From: Patescibacteria group bacterium
GTDB taxonomy: Bacteria > Patescibacteriota > Patescibacteriia > GWA2-46-9
Direction of reading: 5' to 3'
Length of the DNA: 64,000 bases
Assembly: GCA_041660005.1 (NCBI GenBank)
Contig: JBAZXG010000007.1
Coordinates: 72-64,071, forward strand
Below, one piece after another: positions 28,930 through 39,827 of this stretch. The notes under the pieces are model-generated. The model searched no databases. It saw only the letters and a program-made list of their open reading frames with translations, and was not told the DNA's origin. The position numbers and the translations under genes were made by a program. Numbering within the stretch: position 1 is the stretch's first letter; each line of letters starts with the position of its first letter.

Positions 28930-29813
28930 AGGGATGTAGTCATGTTTTCAAGGGCGGCAATGCGGTCGGTAATCGGAGGATGCGTCGAAAAGAGGGAGGC
29001 AACAGTACGTCTGCCTGCCTGTCCGAAGGGGTTCGTAAAATAGAGCGACGCAGTAGCTTTATTGGCGGTTTTCGAAACAGGTGAGGCAACCGCAATTTTT
29101 TTAAGTGCGTCTGCGAGACCTTGTGGGTAGCGGGTGAGCAGAGCGCCGCTGGCGTCAGCTAAAAATTCGCGCCGTCGGGAAACAGCAAGCTGGATGAGTT
29201 TAGTAGCGATAGGTGCAAGTATGGCAAGGAGGACACCTATAAGAAGGAGTGCAGAACCGCGCTCGCGTCGACCTCCACCGTGAAAAAATTGTGAGCGAAT
29301 GAAAAAGTCAGAAACCAAGGCAACAAAACCAACCAGTACCACCGTCAGCATGAGGTAGCGGGTGTCGAAATTTTTAACATGCGAAAGCTCGTGCGCAATA
29401 ACACCTTCGAGCTCTGTTTTGCTGAGCGCCTGTCTGAGGCCGGTCGTAACGGCAATGCTGGCATGCTGAGGATCGCGACCGGTAGCAAAGGCATTCATTG
29501 ATGCGTCGCTCATCAAGTAGATTTTAGGAGTCGGCAACCCGGCGGCAATGGCTGTGTTTTCTACTATTCGGTAGAGCTCAGGATCGTCGTTTTTGTTTAT
29601 AGGGTGAGCTGAAGCCGTAAAGAGGACGACTTTATCTCCGGCCCACCAACTGGCCGTTGTGGTGAAGATTGCGAGCGCAAGAGCAATGGCGACTATCGGT
29701 GCGCCACTCTGGCTTGCTACAGAGAACACGTAGCCCAACAGTCCCGCAACCAACAAGATAGCGGCGATGAGTAGAACTGATCGGCGTTTATTGGCAGCTA
29801 TTTGTTCGTACAT
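28926..29813 (-). CDS. htpX: Zinc metalloprotease HtpX (M48)
   Basis: HELSHV zinc motif with four TM helices. Confidence 0.85.
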   Translation of the reverse strand: MYEQIAANKRRSVLLIAAILLVAGLLGYVFSVASQSGAPIVAIALALAIFTTTASWWAGDKVVLFTASAHPINKNDDPELYRIVENTAIAAGLPTPKIYLMSDASMNAFATGRDPQHASIAVTTGLRQALSKTELEGVIAHELSHVKNFDTRYLMLTVVLVGFVALVSDFFIRSQFFHGGGRRERGSALLLIGVLLAILAPIATKLIQLAVSRRREFLADASGALLTRYPQGLADALKKIAVASPVSKTANKATASLYFTNPFGQAGRRTVASLFSTHPPITDRIAALENMTTSL

Positions 29814-30377
29814 TTATTGAGAGAAAGCAACTTTGACGGGTTCTCGCTCTGTATCCTCAGCCAGTTCAAAGAAATCAACTGCGCTAAATTTGAGCAAAGC
29901 GGCGAACACGTTACTTGGGAAAACACTGAGGCTAATATTGTAGTCGCGCGTGAGGCCGTTGTAAAAGCGGCGCGCTGCCTGAATTTTATCTTCTGTGTCT
30001 GTCAGCTCGCGTTGCAGCTCAACAAAATTGGCTGATGCTTTAAGGTCGGGATAATTTTCTGCGACGGCAAAGATTCCTTGCAAACTGCGACTTAAAGCCG
30101 CTTCGGCCTGACCCCGCTCCTGTAGCGTGACGGCTTTCATTACTGCGGTGCGCGCAGCGGTTACTTTTTCTAAGGTTTCTGACTCATGCTTTTGGTATCC
30201 TTTGACGGTCTCTATGAGGTTTGGAATAAGGTCATACCGGCGTTTGAGCTGTACATCGATGTCTGCCCACGCTTCGGCAACGCGGGTTTTACCTCGTACT
30301 AAGTTGTTATAGGTCAAAATGATAAACAGTATGGCAAGTAAAACTGCGCCGAGAAGGGAGATGTTGAGTGTAGACAT
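29814..30377 (-). CDS. lemA: LemA family protein
   Basis: N-terminal TM helix and a conserved LemA block (RYDLIPNLIETVKGY). Confidence 0.8.
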   Translation of the reverse strand: MSTLNISLLGAVLLAILFIILTYNNLVRGKTRVAEAWADIDVQLKRRYDLIPNLIETVKGYQKHESETLEKVTAARTAVMKAVTLQERGQAEAALSRSLQGIFAVAENYPDLKASANFVELQRELTDTEDKIQAARRFYNGLTRDYNISLSVFPSNVFAALLKFSAVDFFELAEDTEREPVKVAFSQ

Positions 30378-30401
30378 AAGATAATGGATAATAATAGTAA
30401 T

Positions 30402-30430
30402 TGAGAAGGTGATGAATTTATGGTATAATT
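30402..30430 (+). promoter_or_regulatory. Sigma70-like promoter for the pil operon (TTGAGA-N17-TATAAT, extended TG)
   Basis: -35 element at 30402-30407 and -10 element at 30425-30430, 117 nt upstream of pilM. Confidence 0.4.
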
Positions 30431-30546
30431 AGTTCATTATAGATTCCGTTGCGTGCTCGATGATTCTCTTTACTATACAATGTTTACAGGTGTTCGGTCA
30501 AAGTGAAAGAATGAGTGTTTTTCAAAAAAAAATTTAAACTTGAATC

Positions 30547-31566
30547 ATGCTTTCATCAGGTAATTACCTTGGTATCGACATTGGAACAGCCAGTTTGAAA
30601 TTGGTTGAACTTCGCAGCACTGGCGGCGTACCAGAGCTCGCTACTTATGGCATTGCCGAACTACCCCTTGCTCCGCCAACGCAAGCTCGACCGTCTGTCG
30701 AAGAGCTTGGTGATACATTGGCTGACCTTGTGCGACAAACAAAAGCGGTTTCTAGAAAGTGTTACAGCGCCCTTCCTACGGATGGCGTCTTTACCTCTAT
30801 CATCAGTTTGCCACAGTTAAAGAAAAAGGAATTTCTCTCTGCTGTTGAAGAAGAAGCCGCTAAGTTGTTGCCGCGTCCGGTCAGTGAAATGGTTTTGGAT
30901 CCACAGATTCTCGGAGACACTGAAAATGGCAAAACTCAGCGCGTCCTTTTGGTGGCTGCACCCAAAGACTTGGTCAGTCGTTATGATGCCATTTTCAAAC
31001 GGGCCAAGCTTGAACTATTAGGACTTGAAACAGAGGGGTTTGCCCTCATTCGTTCACTGGTCGGTCGAGACAGTGCCGGCGTTGGCGTTATTGATTTTGG
31101 CGCGAGCACAAGCGATATCACTATTATTGCCGATGCGATTCCTTACTTGAATAGAAGCATGGCGGTTGGCGGCAGGAATATTACCGTGGCATTATCGCAG
31201 GCGCTTGGATTGTCGCTCATAGATGCCGAACAGGTAAAACGTGATATCGGATTAGTCGATGAAAATGGCAACGTGCCGGAGGTACTTGAGAAATTAGTCA
31301 GACCACTCATTGAAGAGGTTCGTTATACTATTCAACAGTTTCAGCAGCGTACCGGCCGCAGCGTGGAGAAGCTTATACTATCCGGCGGTTCAGCTATGCT
31401 GGGCGGTCTTAGCGAATACATTGAACAATCGTTACACGTGCGCACCTATGTTGGTGATCCGTGGTCGAGGGTTCGCTATCCCGTGGAGCTTGGTGGACTC
31501 TTGCAGGCATCCGCATCACGTTACGGTATTGCGTTGGGTCTTGCTCTGCGCCCTCTCAAACCATAG
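30547..31566 (+). CDS. pilM: Type IV pilus assembly ATPase-like protein PilM
   Basis: Actin-like N-terminus LGIDIGTASLKLVEL. Confidence 0.8.
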   Translation: MLSSGNYLGIDIGTASLKLVELRSTGGVPELATYGIAELPLAPPTQARPSVEELGDTLADLVRQTKAVSRKCYSALPTDGVFTSIISLPQLKKKEFLSAVEEEAAKLLPRPVSEMVLDPQILGDTENGKTQRVLLVAAPKDLVSRYDAIFKRAKLELLGLETEGFALIRSLVGRDSAGVGVIDFGASTSDITIIADAIPYLNRSMAVGGRNITVALSQALGLSLIDAEQVKRDIGLVDENGNVPEVLEKLVRPLIEEVRYTIQQFQQRTGRSVEKLILSGGSAMLGGLSEYIEQSLHVRTYVGDPWSRVRYPVELGGLLQASASRYGIALGLALRPLKP

Positions 31567-31569
31567 TTT

Positions 31570-32601
31570 ATGGATGTAAATTTTTTATCCGACGATAGAA
31601 AACGGCGAGAAGAGCAAGAGCGACGAAAACTTGCCGAGAAAAAATCTGTGCGTCCCATGACCACACCTCATGAGATGTCGCAAGTAAACGATGCGGAGCA
31701 TGTTGTTCCCCAAACACAGAGTAAAGAAAATACAGTATCTGCAGAAGAAAACGTGGCAAAACTGCGCCCAACTGCAGTTATTAACGAAGCGGCAATTACT
31801 CCTGCCAACAAACGATCTTTTCTGCCACAATTTTTGCGAGCACGATTGCAAAGCAGTAAAGGAGAAACAAAAAAAGAAGAAGTACGCACAGTTTCAACAC
31901 CAGAGGTAGTGCCTGTAGCGCAACCAACGAAGGATAGTGATGCATCAAAGCACCAACAGGCAGATAGAACAGTGCAAACAGAAGAGCCGTCAGTCAAAAA
32001 AAATAGTTTTCCTGTGCAGAATGCGGGGCAAGAAAAGCTTAAGAAATCTGGGCGTTGGCCATTGCCGCTTGCGTCCATCGAAGTTGCAACACTTTTTGCA
32101 GTTCTAATCGTCGTTTTTGTTAGCGGTTTGGCAACTGGTCTCGTACTCTTGATACTCCGGCCGCACAAGGTGGTAACGCCCCCTCCGGCTGTGGTAGTTG
32201 AGCGTGACGAAAAAGCGCTTGCGCAAATGCGTGATCAAATCCGTTTAGTGCAAGTGGCGCTTATTCAAGAGTCACTTGACGAGTACTGGCGAGGGAACGC
32301 CGCCCACTATCCCAATGGTAATAATGTTTTACTTGGAAGTATCGAAGCGAGCTGCTTGGGCGCAACCGGGTGGACCACGCATGATCGATGTGCTATCCCT
32401 CAGAGTCCGTCGGAAAATCGTATTTATTTACAAGAAGTGCCGCGAGATCCAACCAGCGGTTCCTATAATTATACTAGTCTGAATGGTGGCATGGCGTATC
32501 AGCTGGATTTTACTCTTGAAGTCGGTAGCGGTGCTTATGACGCTGGCCCTCAGCAGGTGACCGGTGGTGCAGTTAGTTCGAAACCCAATAGTCAGTCTTA
32601 A
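31570..32601 (+). CDS. PilN-like bitopic pilus assembly protein (long cytoplasmic N-terminus, one TM helix)
   Basis: Directly follows pilM. TM helix near residue 165. The assignment is by position only. Confidence 0.35.
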   Translation: MDVNFLSDDRKRREEQERRKLAEKKSVRPMTTPHEMSQVNDAEHVVPQTQSKENTVSAEENVAKLRPTAVINEAAITPANKRSFLPQFLRARLQSSKGETKKEEVRTVSTPEVVPVAQPTKDSDASKHQQADRTVQTEEPSVKKNSFPVQNAGQEKLKKSGRWPLPLASIEVATLFAVLIVVFVSGLATGLVLLILRPHKVVTPPPAVVVERDEKALAQMRDQIRLVQVALIQESLDEYWRGNAAHYPNGNNVLLGSIEASCLGATGWTTHDRCAIPQSPSENRIYLQEVPRDPTSGSYNYTSLNGGMAYQLDFTLEVGSGAYDAGPQQVTGGAVSSKPNSQS

Positions 32602-32605
32602 ATTT

Positions 32606-32992
32606 ATGGGAAAAGAAAGGCGTGCAGTTTTGCTGGTTGAGGATGACGTACCCATTGCCGAGATGTATGCGGCGGAGCTTTCGCTTTCCGGTTTTGATGT
32701 AGTGGTAGCGAATGACGGGCAGGCGGGTTTGGTAGCTGCCGTTACGAATAAGCCCGATATCATTCTTTTAGATATCATTTTACCGGAACTTGATGGGTAT
32801 GAGGTGTTAAAAAAATTGCGCGGCAGTGAAAAAACGCGCGACATACCGGTCATTTTATTATCAAACCTCAGTCAGCCCGAACAGCTTGAGCGAGGGAAAG
32901 AGCTCGGCGCCGTTGATTATCTTGTAAAAGCAAACCATGTACCTGCTGATATTGTGGCGCGCCTCGAAAAGTTTTTTTCTGAAAATAGATAA
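32606..32992 (+). CDS. Single-domain response regulator (CheY-like receiver)
   Basis: Receiver motifs LLVEDD and ILLDIILPELDGYEVLKKLR plus a conserved Lys region. Confidence 0.7.
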   Translation: MGKERRAVLLVEDDVPIAEMYAAELSLSGFDVVVANDGQAGLVAAVTNKPDIILLDIILPELDGYEVLKKLRGSEKTRDIPVILLSNLSQPEQLERGKELGAVDYLVKANHVPADIVARLEKFFSENR

Positions 32993-33002
32993 CGTAAACC
33001 AT

Positions 33003-33031
33003 TTGTCATTTGTCCTGTTATGGGGTATACT
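33003..33031 (+). promoter_or_regulatory. Sigma70-like promoter for the pilin gene (TTGTCA-N17-TATACT)
   Basis: Correct spacing. A strong Shine-Dalgarno sequence (GGGGGTG) sits before the start at 33096. Confidence 0.4.
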
Positions 33032-33095
33032 GTAACTACGCTTTTGTATATAAATTCATGATCAAGCGAAACAATCAGAAAGGGGGTGAGCAAGC

Positions 33096-33527
33096 ATGAA
33101 GAAAATTCGAAAAGGTTTCACCCTGATTGAGCTTTTGGTGGTTATTGCCATTATTGCATTGCTCTCGACCCTTGCGGTCGTAGCGTTGAACAACGCCCGA
33201 CAAAAATCCCGTGACGCCAAGCGCGTCTCTGATGTTAAGCAAGTACAGACAGCTTTGGAGCTCTACTTTGCAGATCAACAGGCTTACCCTGCGGGGACTA
33301 CGTTGCAACTCGGCAGCGCCGACGCAAAGTGTCTTTCGACTGGTGGTTTTGCAGCAACCTGTTCAGGAACGACGACCTACATGGGGCAGGTTCCGTCTGA
33401 CGCAGACCCGTACTACGTTTACGCATCAGATGGTACTGATACGTATAGCATCACCTTTACCTTAGAAGGTCAGACCGGCAGTTTGGCCGTAGGTGCGCAC
33501 ACCGCGACTCAAAATGGTATTCAGTAG
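33096..33527 (+). CDS. pilA: Type IV pilin (prepilin, class III signal)
   Basis: N-terminus MKKIRKGFTLIELLVVIAIIALLSTLAVV, with the G|FTLIE cleavage/methylation motif. Confidence 0.85.
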   Translation: MKKIRKGFTLIELLVVIAIIALLSTLAVVALNNARQKSRDAKRVSDVKQVQTALELYFADQQAYPAGTTLQLGSADAKCLSTGGFAATCSGTTTYMGQVPSDADPYYVYASDGTDTYSITFTLEGQTGSLAVGAHTATQNGIQ

Positions 33528-33550
33528 TTTTAACTCCTGATTACAAAAAA

Positions 33551-33583
33551 AGAAACACCCCTATAGCGGGGTGTTTCTTTTTG
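33551..33583 (+). terminator. Rho-independent terminator after the pilin gene
   Basis: Stem agaaacacccc/ggggtgtttct, loop tatagc, followed by TTTT. A poly-A run on the 5' side makes it potentially bidirectional. Confidence 0.8.
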
Positions 33584-33679
33584 GTTGCAGCATGACGTGG
33601 GGCGTATATGTCGCTATACTTATACTATGCGAACACGAGAAATACGGCACTACTCACAGCCTACTCAAAAAACGTAACT

Positions 33680-34450
33680 ATGCTTGGTCCAGCAATTATT
33701 TTATTTATTATTGGCCTCACAGTCGGCAGTTTTTTAAACGTGCTAACACTGCGCATGATGGCGGGAGAGCCATTTATTTTCGGGCGGTCACACTGCCCGT
33801 CATGTCAAAAGACTTTGCTCATGGCAGATATGCTGCCGGTTGTGAGTTATCTTTGGTTAAATGGCCGGTGCCGTTATTGTGGTGGGAAGATTTCTCTGCA
33901 GTATCCAATCGTTGAACTTGCAACGGGTATTGCCTTCGTGCTTATCGCCTCGGGTTATTTTGGTTTAGGTTTTTTGTTCCAAATTTTACCGTATGTGGTT
34001 CGCGACCTCGTGTTTACGACTGGTCTTATCGCGCTCTTCATTTTTGACGTGCGCTGGTATGCAGTACCTGATGCCATATCTCTACCCCTGGCGGCCGTGG
34101 CGGTTTTCTTCAATTGGTGGCTCGGCGTAACGTTACGCTCGTTAGCCCTCGGGGCGGCTGTTGGTGGTGGATTTTTCTTTATTCTTTGGTTCATATCGAA
34201 AGGGCGATGGGTCGGGGCGGGTGATATTCGTTTGGGGATAATGATGGGTTGCATTTTGGGCTGGCCTATAACGTTTGCCGCTCTTTACATTGCGTATATG
34301 CTGGGAGGCGCTGTGGCGTTAATGTTATTACTGAGTGGAAAAAAACATAGCGGGCAAGTACTTCCTATGGGTGTTTTTTTGACCACGGCAACGTTTTTAG
34401 TAATGTTGTATCCTGAACATGCAGCCGCGCTGGCGGCTTGGCTGACCTAG
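33680..34450 (+). CDS. pilD: Prepilin peptidase PilD (A24 family)
   Basis: N-terminal helix ending GSFLNVLTLRM, a CPSCQ...CRYC zinc-binding tetracysteine, and a multi-TM layout. Confidence 0.8.
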   Translation: MLGPAIILFIIGLTVGSFLNVLTLRMMAGEPFIFGRSHCPSCQKTLLMADMLPVVSYLWLNGRCRYCGGKISLQYPIVELATGIAFVLIASGYFGLGFLFQILPYVVRDLVFTTGLIALFIFDVRWYAVPDAISLPLAAVAVFFNWWLGVTLRSLALGAAVGGGFFFILWFISKGRWVGAGDIRLGIMMGCILGWPITFAALYIAYMLGGAVALMLLLSGKKHSGQVLPMGVFLTTATFLVMLYPEHAAALAAWLT

Positions 34451-34609
34451 ACCCATCTCAAAAATTTTTGTTCACCCAAACCGCACCTATGCCGCCTACG
34501 CCCGGTCAAAAAATACTCGAAAGACCTCCAGTATTCCTCTGCTTTTTTGACCGTGGTTCGACTGGCATATTCGTGGTTTCGCTTGAAAACTATTTTTGAG
34601 ATGGGTTCC
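34449..34609. repeat. 161 bp inverted-repeat-bounded element, copy 2
   Basis: About 88% identical to 13247-13407. It begins at the pilD stop codon and ends 6 nt before the ligA ATG. Confidence 0.8.
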
Positions 34610-34612
34610 TAG

Positions 34613-36637
<2,025 letters not shown>

Positions 36638-36730
36638 ACCGCACAAATTGTTACGGTGATCGTTCGATAGTCTACATACGGGCATGGTGTTGAAACAATG
36701 GTTTTTACCGTGTACCATGCTTGCATATCT

Positions 36731-37024
36731 ATGGCTTTAACACGAGAGGACATTGTCCATATTGCAAAGCTGGCTCGTTTAGAATTAAGCGAGCAGGAGA
36801 TTGCTCGCTATCAAGGAGAACTTTCAAAAATTCTTGATTACATCGGAGAGTTGCAGCAGGTAGATACGACAGGCGTTGAAGCAACTGCGCAGGTGACCGG
36901 GCTTACGAATCGGCTGGCCGAAGACAAGATTCAACCAGTTGACGAGGCAAGGCGTCAGCGGTTGGTTGACGCGTTTCCCTTGCGCGAAGGTGATTATTTG
37001 AAGGTGAAAACTGTTTTTGAATAG
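36731..37024 (+). CDS. gatC: Glu-tRNA(Gln)/Asp-tRNA(Asn) amidotransferase subunit C
   Basis: GatC-typical sequence (LTREDIVHIAKLARLELSEQEI...). Start chosen at MALTRED. Confidence 0.8.
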   Translation: MALTREDIVHIAKLARLELSEQEIARYQGELSKILDYIGELQQVDTTGVEATAQVTGLTNRLAEDKIQPVDEARRQRLVDAFPLREGDYLKVKTVFE

Positions 37025-37026
37025 CT

Positions 37027-38511
37027 ATGGCTGAACTTTTTGAATTGACGGTTGCTGAAACAGCTGAGGGACTTACTAAGGGTGAGTTTTCTTCTGTCGA
37101 AGTAACGAAGAGCTATCTTGGTCGCATTGATAAGTTGAATCCCGATTTGAACGCTTACCTCACGGTGGCCCACGAATCGGCGCTAGTAGCTGCGAGAAGT
37201 GCTGACGAGCGGTTAGCAAAGGGCGAGCAGGGCGCGCTCCTCGGTGTGCCGATTGCCGTCAAGGATGTCATTATGACGCTCGGCATTCGGACGACTGCTG
37301 CTTCAAAAATGTTGGAGAATTATGAGCCATCGTTTGACGCTACGGTCATAAAAAAAATGCGTGAAGCCGGTGCCGTTATTTTAGGAAAAACCAATTTAGA
37401 CGAATTTGCGCACGGCGCTTCAACTGAAAATTCTGCTTTTGGTCCGACCAAAAATCCTTGGGATACAAAACGAGTTCCTGGAGGTTCGTCTGGCGGTTCT
37501 GCTGCGGCAGTTGCTGCTGATTTGTGTACGGCGGCGCTCGGAACCGATACCGGTGGGTCAATTCGCCATCCGGCAGCATTTTGCGGCGTCGTGGGTTTAA
37601 AGCCGAGCTACGGCAGAGTGTCACGCTCAGGGCTTTTATCCATGACTTCATCGACTGATGTCATTGGGCCTATTACAAAAACTACCGTAGACGCTGCAGC
37701 TATGCTGGGACTGTTAGCAGGTGAAGATACTTACGACCAGACAGCAGCTCCGATACGCATTGCAAGCAATGCATTTACTGAAGCACTAAAGCGACTAGAC
37801 CTTTCTGGGCTAACCGTCGGCGTGCCGCGATCGTTCATTGCCGCGGGTTTATTGCCGTCAATTGCCGAGCGCTTTGATGAGGCCCTAAAGTCATTAACCA
37901 AACTTGGAGCCAAAATTAAAGATGTTGAGCTTCCGCATGCTAAGTACGGCATTGCCGCTTACTATGTCATTACACCTTCAGAAGTCAGTTCGAACCTTGC
38001 GCGGTTTGATGGTATTCGTTATGGACATCAGAATAAAACCGCAAAAACACTTTTTGAAGTGTACGCCAAGTCGCGCGGTGAGGGGTTGGGTCCTGAAGTG
38101 AAGAGGCGCATCATGCTTGGTACTTATGCGCTGTCGGCCGGTTATTACGACGCCTATTACAAGACCGCCCAAAAGGTGCGCACGGTGATTGCGCGCGAGC
38201 TTGATGCGGCGCTCGAAAGTTGTGACATTTTGGTAACACCGACCGCGCCGCATATTGCGTTCCCGATTGGTGAACAGTCCGATGATCCTTTGAAAATGTA
38301 TTTGGAGGACGTCTTTATGAGTCCGGCGTCACTGGCGGGGCTACCGGCAATCTCGGTGCCCATGGGATTTGCGGCGGGGGAGGATGGCGTAGAAATGCCA
38401 GCGGGCCTACAGATGATCGGTCGACGGTTTGGTGAAGGGACCATGCTTACTGGAGCGCACCTTTTTGAAATGGCGCTCGGTAAACCAGCACGACGGCCTA
38501 ACCTCGGCTAA
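37027..38511 (+). CDS. gatA: Glu-tRNA(Gln) amidotransferase subunit A (amidase signature family)
   Basis: Amidase signature GGSSGGSAAAVAA and a catalytic Ser-cisSer-Lys layout. Confidence 0.9.
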   Translation: MAELFELTVAETAEGLTKGEFSSVEVTKSYLGRIDKLNPDLNAYLTVAHESALVAARSADERLAKGEQGALLGVPIAVKDVIMTLGIRTTAASKMLENYEPSFDATVIKKMREAGAVILGKTNLDEFAHGASTENSAFGPTKNPWDTKRVPGGSSGGSAAAVAADLCTAALGTDTGGSIRHPAAFCGVVGLKPSYGRVSRSGLLSMTSSTDVIGPITKTTVDAAAMLGLLAGEDTYDQTAAPIRIASNAFTEALKRLDLSGLTVGVPRSFIAAGLLPSIAERFDEALKSLTKLGAKIKDVELPHAKYGIAAYYVITPSEVSSNLARFDGIRYGHQNKTAKTLFEVYAKSRGEGLGPEVKRRIMLGTYALSAGYYDAYYKTAQKVRTVIARELDAALESCDILVTPTAPHIAFPIGEQSDDPLKMYLEDVFMSPASLAGLPAISVPMGFAAGEDGVEMPAGLQMIGRRFGEGTMLTGAHLFEMALGKPARRPNLG

Positions 38512-38514
38512 TGT

Positions 38515-38940
38515 ATGCCTTGGTACGCGGTCGTCACTTTTTTCCTTGCCGCTCTCCTTTGCGCTTGGTGGTTGAAAGGACTACTTGTACAGAGAGATCG
38601 TGCACGTGATTTTCGCATCACTGATCGGCGCGCTTGGCAAAAAAAATGGACAGAGCTTGAAGTACTCTTGAAACAAGGAGAGAGTAGTTGGTCGGTTGCC
38701 ATTATCGAAGCCGATAAACTCTTTGATCGCGTGCTAAAGAATATGGGGCTTCCCGGAAAAGATATGGGGGAGCGTTTAAAATTTTTAACACGCAGTCGTA
38801 GGGAGTTGAGCTACGTGTGGTCTGCGCATCTCACGCGCAATCGGCTGGTGCACGAATCAGACTTTCGTTTGGATCGTAGAACAGCAATAAAAACAATTGA
38901 TACCTTTAAACGCGCCTTTAAAGAACTTGGTGTTTTATAG
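38515..38940 (+). CDS. Hypothetical protein with N-terminal TM helix
   Basis: 141 aa ORF coupled to gatA. Confidence 0.45.
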   Translation: MPWYAVVTFFLAALLCAWWLKGLLVQRDRARDFRITDRRAWQKKWTELEVLLKQGESSWSVAIIEADKLFDRVLKNMGLPGKDMGERLKFLTRSRRELSYVWSAHLTRNRLVHESDFRLDRRTAIKTIDTFKRAFKELGVL

Positions 38941-39007
38941 TGTGGTTGGGAGAAGCAAAAAGTAGTTGGCGCCGCCCCGGGGAGGATTGGGAGCGGCGTC
39001 ATGGCGG

Positions 39008-39364
39008 CTAGTCGCCGAAGCGACGCGTCTTGCCAGCCGCCAGAAAAATAGCGATCAGCAGCGCTGTGTCGGCCGCGCCGCATAGGACCCGTGAGGTTCT
39101 GTAACTATCGATCATTCTCGGCAGATAGCCGAGAAGCACAGCCCACTCTAAGCCGTAGAGCATTGCCCCCAGAGCTGTGAACAGTATCGAGAGGCGGTAT
39201 GCTCGCCAGTTGATATTGCGAATGCGAGCGACTACTTTCCTCGTTTGCTGTCCGGCCCGTCCAAAGTAAAAGACGGGCATGTTGCTCCAGCGGCGCTGAT
39301 CTCTTTTCTTTGGACGGACTCGAAGGTACCGTCCTACCCTTTTCCATGGACGGTATTTATTCAT
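39008..39364 (-). CDS. Hypothetical small basic membrane protein
   Basis: 118 aa ORF with two hydrophobic helices. Weak call. Confidence 0.3.
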   Translation of the reverse strand: MNKYRPWKRVGRYLRVRPKKRDQRRWSNMPVFYFGRAGQQTRKVVARIRNINWRAYRLSILFTALGAMLYGLEWAVLLGYLPRMIDSYRTSRVLCGAADTALLIAIFLAAGKTRRFGD

Positions 39365-39631
39365 CGAGGCCTCCTGTAGACCGCAGCCAGCTTACGCCGT
39401 TGGATAGTTAAGTGTCAACGATCAGACGCCTTGCTTCTCCTGTTTTCATCTCGTATAGTGAACGCACCTTATGGAGAGGTCGCATATCCCGTCGCCGGGA
39501 CTTCTTGCTAGTCGCCCCTTCTCAGGGACTTCTCGCTAGTCGGCGATTCTAGTGCGCACAGCTTGTTCTTGATTTGTCTAAAAATTGAAGTGAACATAGA
39601 ATTTTTAGTAACAAATCATAATCCTGAATAT

Positions 39632-39722
39632 GGCGGAGAGGTCGCATAGTGGCCTAGTGCGCTCGCTTGGAAAGCGGGTAACCCGAAAGGGTTCGCGGGT
39701 TCGACTCCCGCCCTCTCCGCCA
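39632..39722 (+). tRNA. tRNA-Ser (anticodon GGA), type II
   Basis: Acceptor GGCGGAG/CTCCGCC, anticodon loop TTGGAAA, variable arm TAACCCGAAAGGGTT, and T-arm CGCGGGTTCGACTCCCGC. Flanking complementary sequence extends the acceptor stem (cctgaatat/atattcagg). Confidence 0.8.
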
Positions 39723-39827
39723 TATTCAGGAGAAAGCGTGTGATCCGTAAGGATCCGAGGGTGTGGACTTGTGGTGAGTATCAATGAATCAATTCATCTC
39801 TTAGTAAAGTAATATAAACTTCTATCC

